This document shows, in pieces, positions 17,397 to 26,251 of a DNA stretch of 44,557 nucleotides (positions are counted from its first letter, which is position 1; the number at the start of each line of letters is the position of its first letter). Position numbers and translations under genes: made by a program. The notes under the pieces were generated by a model. It saw only the letters and a list, made by a program, of their open reading frames with translations. It was not told the DNA's origin and searched no databases. Location: positions 1-44,557 of the forward strand of contig USIB01000002.1 of the NCBI GenBank assembly GCA_900554615.1. The letters are read 5' to 3'. Source of the stretch: an uncultured Mycoplasmatota bacterium. Lineage in GTDB: Bacteria; Bacillota_I; Bacilli_A; RF39; UBA660.

Positions 17397-17450
17397 AAAA
17401 GGAAGACCTTAGGCTTCCTTTTACCTTTGAAGACCAAAGGGCTTCAAAGG
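17397..17450. repeat. Tandem double-hairpin intergenic repeat, copy E3
   Basis: AAAAGGAAGACC-tt-AGGCTTCCTTTT, then CCTTTGAAGACC-aaa-GGGCTTCAAAGG. It lies 5 nt past the stop of RNase R paralog 2. Confidence 0.9.
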
Positions 17451-17455
17451 ATATA

Positions 17456-19504
17456 TTATCTTTTTTTAACTTTCTTCTTACTAGAAGTATACTCTATATT
17501 TCTATTACTTTCTCTATTAAAAGTTATATCACCAGTATAAGTATCAACTTTAACTACTCTAACTCTAATAAAATCTCCTACTAATATTCTCTCATTAGAA
17601 TTAATACCATATAAAGAGAATCCATCTTTAAGATTATATTCATGTTTACTAATAAATACTTTACCCTCTATCATATTAGGAAGTAATACTTTAATATATT
17701 CATTACTAACCTCTGATACTAAACCATCAAAATCATAACCAATATATTTCTCCATATGTTCGGCTTTCCTAATATCAGTAGTACTTCTCTCTACTTTATC
17801 TGCTCTTCTCTCTGCACTAGTAGCCATATCTGCAAGTTTAGGTAGTAATACTAACCATTTCTTTCTAGCATAATTGTCTCCATAAGTAATAGAGTCCATT
17901 AATACTCTCTGATTAATTAAATCACATCTTCTAATGGGAGAACTAAAGGTAGCATAAGCAGGTACTCCTATGGCAAAATGTCCTATATTATAAGCACTAT
18001 ATTTTGCTTTTGATTGGCCTTTTATAGCATAACTATCAAGAATAACTCTCTCTTTACTATCTTTATATAAGTTTAATCTATCTATAATCTCTCTACTAGA
18101 GAAATCACTCATTTTAGAAGGATTATATCCTCTTTCTTTAAGTAAATGATTCCAAGAAGATAACTTATTTCTATTAGGCTCATCATGATTTCTAGCAATA
18201 AATGGTAGTTTATGTTTTATAAAATAATCAGTAAGAACTAAATTATGTAATATCATTAAAAACTCTATTAAATCTTCTGCTTTACCTTGATATCTCTTTT
18301 TTATATTCTTTGTCTTATTATTCTCTAATATAACCTTAACTTCACTACTGGTAAAATCTAAGAATCCATTCTTTAACATATCATCTTTAATAAGTTTAGC
18401 AACTTCATATAGTCTATCTAACTCTTTAGTATAGTCTTCATAACCCTCTATTACACTATTTCTTTCTAGATAACTATTAACTTCATCATAAGTCATACGC
18501 TTCCTACTATTAATAATTGAAGGACTTACTCTATAAGAGATAACTTTACCTTTATTATCTACCTTAACAACTGAAGTAATAGTAAATCTATCTTCTCCTG
18601 GTATTAATGAACATATTCCATTTGAAATATAATGATGTAAATAGGGATTAACCATACCAGGAGGGTATACGGATATTCCTCGATTCATTGTCTCATCCCA
18701 TATCTTAGTACCATCTTTGATATACTTACAGACATTAGCAATACTAATATAAATATCATCATTATATACTCCGATGGCGTCATCAAAGTCTTTTGTATCG
18801 TCTCCATCTATTGTTGTCATAGGAATATCTCTTAAATCAATAGTTCCTTCTCTTTTAGCAGTCTCTATTTCTCTACTCGTAACCTTATTTGGTATTTTCC
18901 TAAGTTCTTCCATATATTCATTACTAAAACTAATAGGAAAACCGTTTTCTAATAATATTTCTTTTTCTCTAGTACCTAAGTCATCTTTATGACCAATTAC
19001 TTCTTTAATTTCATTAGTCTTACCATCTATTAAAACTTTAGTACCAATGGGATATATTTTATCTAAAATAATATCTTCTTTATCTTTACTTCTAACTAAA
19101 TAGTATTTACCTTCCTTAATAACTTCTCCAATATAATTATGATATTCTCTTTTTAGTATCTTAACTACTTTAGCGGTAACTCCTGATGTGTCTACTAGTA
19201 CGATATCATGGTTTTCTAAAGACTTATGGTCTTTATATACTACATCTAATTCTGTTTTATCATCAAATACTACTATTGGTCCTTTTCTCTTAGTAACCTT
19301 AATCTTACCTTTTTTTAAAGTGGTATTAGAAGTAAGGGTATATTTTCCTTTCTTATCTCGAAAGATGATACCCTCTTCTTCTAATACTTTGATAGACATC
19401 ATAAATCTCCTGCTATCATGAGTATCTAATGCTTTAGATATATCTTCTAACTTCATAATTTTATTCTTTTTCATACTAAGTAATGTAACTATACTGCTTT
19501 CCAT
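17456..19504 (-). CDS. RNase R/RNase II family exoribonuclease, paralog 2
   Basis: 682 aa. RNB motif TTIDGDDTKDFDDAIGV, HFAIG...FSSPIRRCDLINQR (one residue shorter than the canonical RRYPDL), S1 domain and a Lys-rich tail. Confidence 0.85.
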   Translation of the reverse strand: MESSIVTLLSMKKNKIMKLEDISKALDTHDSRRFMMSIKVLEEEGIIFRDKKGKYTLTSNTTLKKGKIKVTKRKGPIVVFDDKTELDVVYKDHKSLENHDIVLVDTSGVTAKVVKILKREYHNYIGEVIKEGKYYLVRSKDKEDIILDKIYPIGTKVLIDGKTNEIKEVIGHKDDLGTREKEILLENGFPISFSNEYMEELRKIPNKVTSREIETAKREGTIDLRDIPMTTIDGDDTKDFDDAIGVYNDDIYISIANVCKYIKDGTKIWDETMNRGISVYPPGMVNPYLHHYISNGICSLIPGEDRFTITSVVKVDNKGKVISYRVSPSIINSRKRMTYDEVNSYLERNSVIEGYEDYTKELDRLYEVAKLIKDDMLKNGFLDFTSSEVKVILENNKTKNIKKRYQGKAEDLIEFLMILHNLVLTDYFIKHKLPFIARNHDEPNRNKLSSWNHLLKERGYNPSKMSDFSSREIIDRLNLYKDSKERVILDSYAIKGQSKAKYSAYNIGHFAIGVPAYATFSSPIRRCDLINQRVLMDSITYGDNYARKKWLVLLPKLADMATSAERRADKVERSTTDIRKAEHMEKYIGYDFDGLVSEVSNEYIKVLLPNMIEGKVFISKHEYNLKDGFSLYGINSNERILVGDFIRVRVVKVDTYTGDITFNRESNRNIEYTSSKKKVKKR

Positions 19505-19517
19505 TTAAACCCTCCTG

Positions 19518-21677
19518 TTAGTTGTTATTATTTTTTTTCTTTTTCCCTTTATTCTCCTCTTTCTCATCATATACTTCGAAGTCTATTTCTGATTTATCTT
19601 TATCTGCTCTTACTACTCTAATGGTAATTTTATCTCCAAAAGCATACTTCTTCTTACTCTTCTTTCCTACTAGAGCCATCATATCACTATCATATATGTA
19701 ATAGTCGCCTTTTATATTCTCTACTTTTATTAAGCCTTCTACTGTGTTATCTAGTTCTACAAAGATACCAAACTCTTGTACTCCGGAGATTATTCCTTCA
19801 TATATTTCTCCTATATGGTCCATCATATATTCGGCTTTCTTCATTTTGTCGACATCTCTTTCACAGTTCTGAGCGTCTTGTTCTCTAATTGAACAATGTT
19901 CACTCTCTATTGGTAAGGCTTCTCTTGCTTCTGCGATTACTTTTTCACTATAGTTGTAGTTGTAATTTTTTAATAGTCTATGTAATATTAAATCTGGATA
20001 TCTTCTGATAGGAGAAGTAAAATGGCTATAGCACTTACTTCCTAAGCCAAAGTGGCCTATATTTATATCAGAATAAACGGCTTTTGATTGACTTCGAATA
20101 GCCATATCGTGTAATACTCTAACTTCTGGTACTTCTTCTAGTTGTTTTAATATATGTTGTAAGTCTTTAGGAGAGTCTATCTTACTCTTTCCATTTACTA
20201 CATATCCATGAAGTGATAAGAACTTCATAAAGTCTCCTAGTCTCTTTTCATCTGGTTTATCATGAACACGATATATACCTGGTAGATTTTTATAGTAGAT
20301 TGAACTTGCTACTGTCTCATTAGCCGCTATCATAAAGTTCTCGATTAGTTCTTCACCTGTTCTTTGTACTCTAGCCTCTATCTCTATTGGATGACAAGCA
20401 TCATCTACTTTAATCTTAGCCTCAGTACTTTCAAACTCTATATATCCTCTACCTATCATTTTTTTTCTAAGTATCTTGGATAACTCTTCCATTAGTCTTA
20501 GAGTGTCTTCATATGGTTTATATTCATCACTAGGATTATTTTCTTCTAGTAACTTATTTACTTCTTCATATGTCATTTTCTTTCTACTTCTTATTATTGA
20601 CTTGAATATTTGATAACTTGTTATATTTCCTTTATTATCTATTATCATTTCACAAGTAAAGGCAAATCTATCTTCATTTTCATTTAGTGAACATATTCCA
20701 TTGGATAACTTATGAGGAAGCATTGGAAGTACTCTATCTACTAAGTAAACACTAGTACCACGAGAATATGCTTCTTCATCTAAGGCTGAGCCTTCTTTTA
20801 CATAATATGAAACATCAGCGATATGGACTCCTAGATGATATTTATTATCTTCACTTTTGGTTAATGATATTGCATCATCTATATCTTTTGTGTCTGCTCC
20901 ATCTATTGTAAATATTTCTTTATCTCTAAGGTCTCTTCTTCCACTTGATAATTCTTTTTTTATTTCTTCTTCGGTTAAATATGATGGAATACTATCTAGT
21001 TCTAGTGCTACTTCTTCTGGAAAGGTTGGACTAAAATTATATTCATAGACAAAGGATAGGATATCTACTCCAACATCATTTTTATGTCCTATTATTTTGA
21101 TTATCTTTCCTACTCTTTTTCCATCTTTTATTGGCTCTACGACTACTTTATGTCCTTCTACTGCTCCATTTAAGTTATCTCTTGGTATATAGATATTTGT
21201 TCCTTTTTTATCTGGTTTTACGAAATAGTCATTATCTATCTTTATTACTTCTCCTACTAAAGGGTCATAATTTCTTTTAATTACTTTAATTATCTTTCCT
21301 TCTGGTCTAGTCATATCTTTATTTAGATATTCAAATAATACTAAGTCTCCGTCCTCTGCACCATTTATATTCTTCTCATTTACATAGACATCTTTTGAAT
21401 CTTTATTTATTTCAATAAAACCAAATCCTTTATCGTTTAGTATAAGATTCCCCTTTACTAAGTGACTATTTTCTAGTAGTAGATACTTTTTCTTCTTTTC
21501 ACTATAATATAAAATGCCATCACTTACTAGACTATCTAATATATTCTCTAGGCTTTGATATTCTTCTATACTTGTAAGTCCAAGCATATCATTTAACTGC
21601 ATTATAGTAAGAGATGTATTTTCTGTTAATTTCTCTATTATTATTTCTTTCACTAAACTCTCCTCCTTTTTATTCAA
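19518..21677 (-). CDS. rnr: Ribonuclease R
   Basis: 719 aa. FTIDGADTKDIDDAISL, HFGL..HFTSPIRRYPDLILHR, S1 domain and a Lys/Asn-rich tail. It sits between secG and smpB as in other Bacillota. Confidence 0.9.
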   Translation of the reverse strand: MNKKEESLVKEIIIEKLTENTSLTIMQLNDMLGLTSIEEYQSLENILDSLVSDGILYYSEKKKKYLLLENSHLVKGNLILNDKGFGFIEINKDSKDVYVNEKNINGAEDGDLVLFEYLNKDMTRPEGKIIKVIKRNYDPLVGEVIKIDNDYFVKPDKKGTNIYIPRDNLNGAVEGHKVVVEPIKDGKRVGKIIKIIGHKNDVGVDILSFVYEYNFSPTFPEEVALELDSIPSYLTEEEIKKELSSGRRDLRDKEIFTIDGADTKDIDDAISLTKSEDNKYHLGVHIADVSYYVKEGSALDEEAYSRGTSVYLVDRVLPMLPHKLSNGICSLNENEDRFAFTCEMIIDNKGNITSYQIFKSIIRSRKKMTYEEVNKLLEENNPSDEYKPYEDTLRLMEELSKILRKKMIGRGYIEFESTEAKIKVDDACHPIEIEARVQRTGEELIENFMIAANETVASSIYYKNLPGIYRVHDKPDEKRLGDFMKFLSLHGYVVNGKSKIDSPKDLQHILKQLEEVPEVRVLHDMAIRSQSKAVYSDINIGHFGLGSKCYSHFTSPIRRYPDLILHRLLKNYNYNYSEKVIAEAREALPIESEHCSIREQDAQNCERDVDKMKKAEYMMDHIGEIYEGIISGVQEFGIFVELDNTVEGLIKVENIKGDYYIYDSDMMALVGKKSKKKYAFGDKITIRVVRADKDKSEIDFEVYDEKEENKGKKKKNNNN

Positions 21678-21703
21678 AAAGACTTAAAAATATATTTTAA
21701 GTC

Positions 21704-21916
21704 TTATAATGATATTATTAAACATAATACAAAGAAAGTAAAACCTAAAACATATGTTAATCTTGTAACAAATAGTTCAAATCCTCTTTCTTTCCTATTT
21801 GCAAACAAATCAGATGTTCCCCCCTGAATTATTTGTGATGCAGATTCTGCTTTACCACTTTGTAGTAAAACGACTGCTATTAATAGTATTGATACAATTA
21901 TTAATGCTATTTCCAT
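21704..21916 (-). CDS. secG: Preprotein translocase subunit SecG
   Basis: 70 aa from the ATG at 21916 (SD AAAGGAAG). Two TM helices and the VLLQSGK motif. Confidence 0.75.
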   Translation of the reverse strand: MEIALIIVSILLIAVVLLQSGKAESASQIIQGGTSDLFANRKERGFELFVTRLTYVLGFTFFVLCLIISL

Positions 21917-22003
21917 AGTTAATCTTCCTTTCACACATTATTATTATAGCAAATATATTATGGTTTGTAAATATTTTGTCTTGTTTTTTATGTTACTTTT
22001 ACT

Positions 22004-22059
22004 CAATCTAAGCCTTATTGTCTTAGATTGTCATTTATAGCCTAAAAGTCTATAAATGA
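22004..22059. repeat. Tandem double-hairpin intergenic repeat, copy E6
   Basis: CAATCTAAGCC-ttatt-GTCTTAGATTG, then TCATTTATAGCC-taaaa-GTCTATAAATGA. It lies in a divergent intergenic region. Confidence 0.9.
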
Positions 22060-22406
22060 TTAATTATGGGTGTGACTATTTGGGGTGAAGTGCTTTTTTT
22101 ACTAAATAATTACTTTTCTAACTTTTTCCCTACTTTATAGTGAATTTTATTAGTATTATTTTTACCACAGTATTATCCATTAAATTAACTTTTAGACATA
22201 TAATCATATATTTAAATTAATATACATCCTCTAAATTGATAATAAACGCATACTTTTATATTTCTAATTTTAATATACAAAAATTTGTGATAGAATATAT
22301 ATATGTATAACTTTAACTGATTATTTAACTAGAAATACATTTTCAAGTTAACATATCGGTCAATTTGTTGTATTTTAATTAATTATTTAGTTTAAGAGGT
22401 GGCGAA

Positions 22407-23111
22407 ATGAAAAATTATATAACTATCACAAATGAGTATTTTGAAATATTAATTCCATTATCATTAAAAGAATATGGTGAGGAAGTATTAAATTATTCAA
22501 CAGACAAAGTAAAAGAGTTTTTGTCATTTTTTAGAGAACAAAATTGCGAAAAAATAAAAGGAGCATTTCTAATTAATCATGATGACTTTATTAATAGAAT
22601 TAAAGAGGTATCTGCTCCCAATTCACCATTACCTCCTGAATGGGCTACAGGATGTTTCTATGGCGGAGAAACACAAATATTGCTTAATGAAAATAGCCCT
22701 TATGAAAATTTTAATACACTTGCTCATGAAAGTTTTCATTTACTATTTTCTAAATTTGTCTATAAAAAAAATAACATTGAAAGAATTGTATGGCTTGATG
22801 AATCACTTGCTAATAATTTTGATGGATCAACAGATAAACTAATAAAAGACGGAACATTCAAAAATATTATTATTAAATTAATAAATAATAACAAATTGCC
22901 TAATATGAATGAGTTATCGTTTTCAAAAGGTAATATTATAACAAAAGAATACAATGGCTATGACTTATTTAAAGTTGTTGGAAGATACTTAATAGAAACA
23001 AAAAGTGATTTATTAGATTATATAAATAATAAAGAAAGAATTATAAATGATGGAAAGAAGATTCTCGAAGAGAGCTTAGACTACTTTATATCAAAATATA
23101 ACTTAAAATAA
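22407..23111 (+). CDS. Putative zinc metallopeptidase (HExxH)
   Basis: 234 aa. HESFH with a downstream E (WLDESLA). SD AAGAGGTGG. Confidence 0.45.
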   Translation: MKNYITITNEYFEILIPLSLKEYGEEVLNYSTDKVKEFLSFFREQNCEKIKGAFLINHDDFINRIKEVSAPNSPLPPEWATGCFYGGETQILLNENSPYENFNTLAHESFHLLFSKFVYKKNNIERIVWLDESLANNFDGSTDKLIKDGTFKNIIIKLINNNKLPNMNELSFSKGNIITKEYNGYDLFKVVGRYLIETKSDLLDYINNKERIINDGKKILEESLDYFISKYNLK

Positions 23112-23241
23112 AGGATATTATACATTACTTCTATAATTTTAAACTTGATATTTTTTTATTAATAATAGACAGATATTCTAATAAAAGAAAAAAAGTATCT
23201 GACCTAATTCTTTTCTTTGAACTAGTCAAATACTTTTTTAC

Positions 23242-24675
23242 TTAATATTGAATACCCCAAACAACCAAATCTTTAGCCTCTTTACCACAGACTATACATT
23301 TATCATCAATCTTTTCTTCATTAAATGGGATACATCTGGATTTACAACCTCTAATTTCTTTTATTTTCTCTTCACAAGCGGTATCTCCACACCACATAGC
23401 CTTAATAAAACCAGGATGATTGTTAATAATATCTTTAAACTCCTCTAAATCTGTACAAGTATAAGTCATCTCTTCTTTTCTTCTAAGAGCTCTATCATAC
23501 ATATCTCTTTGAATATCTTCAAGTAATACTTTAACATCATGAATAATATCTGTATTAGTAAATACTTGTACCTTCTCTCTAGTATCTCTTCTTACTAAAG
23601 TAATCATATTATTTTCTAAATCTCTTTTACCTATTTCTATTCTGACAGGGATACCATTAACTTCAGCCTCAGCAAACTTATATCCAGGACTTCTATCAGT
23701 ATTATCAATATATGCTTCGATACCTTCTTCTTTTAATTTATCTAAGTAATCATTAGCAAGACTTAATACTTCCAAATCCTTAGTAATAGGAATGATAACT
23801 ACCTTTTTAGGAGCAATTTTTGGTGGAAGAACAAGTCCATAATCATCAGAATGAACCATTATAAGAGCACCAATCATTCTAGTAGATGCACCCCAAGAAG
23901 TTTGATAAGGATACTCTAGTTTATTCTCTCTACTAGTAAACTTAATATCATAAGCCTGTGAAAACTTCTGACCAAAGTAATGGCTAGTAGCGGACTGAAG
24001 TGCTACACCATTATACATAAGAGATTCTACTGTATAAGTATATTCTGCTCCTGCAAACTTCTCTTTCTCGGTCTTTCTACCTACAATACTTGGAATTGCT
24101 AAATATTCATGAAAGAAATTATTATAAATATTTAACATATTTAAAGTTTCACTTTCTGCTTCTTCTTTTGTTTCATGAATAGTATGTCCTTCTTGCCATA
24201 AAAATTCACGACTTCTTAAGAATGGTCTAGTTTCCTTCTCCCATCTTAATACACTACACCACTGATTATATAGTTTAGGAAGGTCACGATAAGAACTAAC
24301 TACTCCTCTATAATAGTCAGAGAAAAGTGTCTCAGAAGTAGGTCTTATACATAATCTCTCATCTAATTCTTTATTACCACCCATTGTAACCCAAGCAACT
24401 TCTGGAGCAAATCCTTCGACTAATTCTCCTTCTTTTCTAAGTAGATTTTCAGGTATTAATAAAGGCATATAAACATTTACATGTCCTGTTTCTTTAAACT
24501 TACTATCTAGTCCTTTTTGTATATTTTCCCATAAAGCATATCCATTAGGCTCAAAAACAATACAACCCTTAGTATTAGAATATGTTGCTAAATGGGCAGC
24601 ATTTACTACATCAGTATACCACTTAGCAAAATCTACATCTCTACTTGTTATTTTAGTATTTTGCTTATTATTCAT
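23242..24675 (-). CDS. proS: Proline--tRNA ligase (archaeal/eukaryote-like short form)
   Basis: 477 aa. Class II motifs (FRSREFLWQEGH, GASTR), a C-terminal zinc-binding domain with Cys pairs, and the ending WGIQY. Confidence 0.92.
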   Translation of the reverse strand: MNNKQNTKITSRDVDFAKWYTDVVNAAHLATYSNTKGCIVFEPNGYALWENIQKGLDSKFKETGHVNVYMPLLIPENLLRKEGELVEGFAPEVAWVTMGGNKELDERLCIRPTSETLFSDYYRGVVSSYRDLPKLYNQWCSVLRWEKETRPFLRSREFLWQEGHTIHETKEEAESETLNMLNIYNNFFHEYLAIPSIVGRKTEKEKFAGAEYTYTVESLMYNGVALQSATSHYFGQKFSQAYDIKFTSRENKLEYPYQTSWGASTRMIGALIMVHSDDYGLVLPPKIAPKKVVIIPITKDLEVLSLANDYLDKLKEEGIEAYIDNTDRSPGYKFAEAEVNGIPVRIEIGKRDLENNMITLVRRDTREKVQVFTNTDIIHDVKVLLEDIQRDMYDRALRRKEEMTYTCTDLEEFKDIINNHPGFIKAMWCGDTACEEKIKEIRGCKSRCIPFNEEKIDDKCIVCGKEAKDLVVWGIQY

Positions 24676-24772
24676 AAAAATCCTCCTAGTCTTAACTTCT
24701 TTTTATTTTTTTAAATCTCACAATATTTACTATATCACAACTTACCTATGAAATCAATATTTTTATAAATAT

Positions 24773-25348
24773 TTATCTCTTAATACTTATTTTTTTTATT
24801 AGTTTATATCCTTCGTTAGAAGTAGGTTTATCACTTGCTATTACATCTCCTTCATAACCATTTTTATATGTCCATATTCCTTCTTTATTTAACCTACAAA
24901 AATGATAATCAGGAGGAAAACTACTTGTTACATATTTCTGTTTAGTATCTTGGAATACTGCTATTTTATAGGGAGATAAATCATATTTATCAGTAGTATA
25001 ATCAATTTTAAGTATATCTAAATCACTATATATAGCATTTAATAACTTCTTTTCAGTAGATATATCAGTAATACCACTTAATACTCCAGGATCAATATCA
25101 AATACATTAAAGTCCATCACTTGGTAAAAACTTTCTTTAAAATACTTAGGTAATTTAAGTCTTAGAGCATAACCATAACAATTAATATCACTAGTATTCA
25201 TATAATAATCAATTTCTTCCTTAACTGAAGGATATTCTTTTAACTTTCTTAATCTAATTCTTAAATATTTAATATATAACTCTAATAATTCATTATAATT
25301 TAAATTATTATTTTTAACTTCTTTTTCTATATCTTTAATACTTTTCAT
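24773..25348 (-). CDS. Conserved hypothetical protein, tandem paralog 2 (putative Cys-His hydrolase)
   Basis: 191 aa. Shares NCYGYALRL, PG..SGI, YKIA and D[YF]HF.RLN..GIW..K.GY.G.VI with the upstream gene. Confidence 0.65.
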   Translation of the reverse strand: MKSIKDIEKEVKNNNLNYNELLELYIKYLRIRLRKLKEYPSVKEEIDYYMNTSDINCYGYALRLKLPKYFKESFYQVMDFNVFDIDPGVLSGITDISTEKKLLNAIYSDLDILKIDYTTDKYDLSPYKIAVFQDTKQKYVTSSFPPDYHFCRLNKEGIWTYKNGYEGDVIASDKPTSNEGYKLIKKISIKR

Positions 25349-25350
25349 TA

Positions 25351-25917
25351 TTATCTTCCTATATCTAATTTCTTAATAAGAGAGTATCCAATATTACAAG
25401 TAGGTTTTATATTTTTAATAACTCTTCCACTATATCCTTCTTTACAAGACCAAATACCATTATTATTTAATCTCCAGAAATGAAAGTCTCTTAATCCATC
25501 ATCTATTAAAATAGATTTTTGATAATATAATGCTATTTTATATAAATGACTACTATCTATACATTCATTATATTTAATTCCTAATACATCTAAATCTCCA
25601 TATAATCCTTTAAGTAAATCTTCTTCTGTTAGAATATCATGTATACCACTAAAACAACCTGGATAGAAATCAAAGTCATCTCCTAGTTCTCTATCAAAAG
25701 ATTTTGCAAAGTATTCTGGTAAATCTAATCTTAATGCATATCCATAACAATTAACTACTTTATCATTCATATAATATTTATAATCACTTCTTATACTTGG
25801 TATAGAACTCTGCAATTCTTTTACTAATTTTATATACTTTATATATAATTCTAATAATTCTAAATATGATAAATCATTATTTATTACTTCTTTTTTTATA
25901 TTATCTATGCTATCCAT
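25351..25917 (-). CDS. Conserved hypothetical protein, tandem paralog 1 (putative Cys-His hydrolase)
   Basis: 188 aa, collinear with 24773-25348 along its whole length. SD AGAGGGAGAG. There is a 2-nt gap to the next gene. Confidence 0.65.
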   Translation of the reverse strand: MDSIDNIKKEVINNDLSYLELLELYIKYIKLVKELQSSIPSIRSDYKYYMNDKVVNCYGYALRLDLPEYFAKSFDRELGDDFDFYPGCFSGIHDILTEEDLLKGLYGDLDVLGIKYNECIDSSHLYKIALYYQKSILIDDGLRDFHFWRLNNNGIWSCKEGYSGRVIKNIKPTCNIGYSLIKKLDIGR

Positions 25918-25984
25918 TATACTGTTACTCTCCCTCTTTAGTTCTTAATACTATACCATAATATTATTTAAAATGCAATTATTT

Positions 25985-26028
25985 TTTGTGTATTATATTC
26001 ACAGTGAATACTTTCTAACTTAGAGATA
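25985..26028 (-). promoter_or_regulatory. 44-nt conserved upstream module, copy 1 (contains TATAAT)
   Basis: TTTGTGTATTATATTC-N4-TG-N3-ACTTTCTAACTTAGAGATA, shared with 41952-41995. The minus strand carries TATAAT and the palindrome TCTAAgTTAGA. Confidence 0.6.
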
Positions 26029-26170
26029 TACAAATAAAAAAAGTACACTCGTACTCTCTTTATAATTACTAAAATGTTATTGGAGTTGTTGATGTAAATG
26101 TATAGTCTGTTCTTGGACTATTTGGTAATTTATTTTTATCAATATTAAAATATCTCCTAAATATACTATT

Positions 26171-26229
26171 TGTAAGAGAGACAAATAATTTGGCTCTCTT
26201 ACACCACGGAAGACTACAGGCTCCCGTGG
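26171..26229. repeat. Tandem double-hairpin intergenic repeat, copy E4
   Basis: TGTAAGAGAGAC-9 nt-GGCTCTCTTACA, then CCACGGAAGACT-ac-AGGCTCCCGTGG. It lies 22 nt past the yqfD stop. Confidence 0.85.
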
Positions 26230-26251
26230 AAATAATAATAAATATATCCAT

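Noticed and set aside
24676-24772. A possible T-box leader upstream of proS.
   Set aside because: The intergenic region is only about 97 nt and shows no specifier or T-box sequence elements.
26069-26251. A 60-aa minus-strand ORF just after yqfD.
   Set aside because: Its 5' half is the E4 double-hairpin repeat, there is no SD, and the remainder has no ATG after the only SD-like AGGAG.
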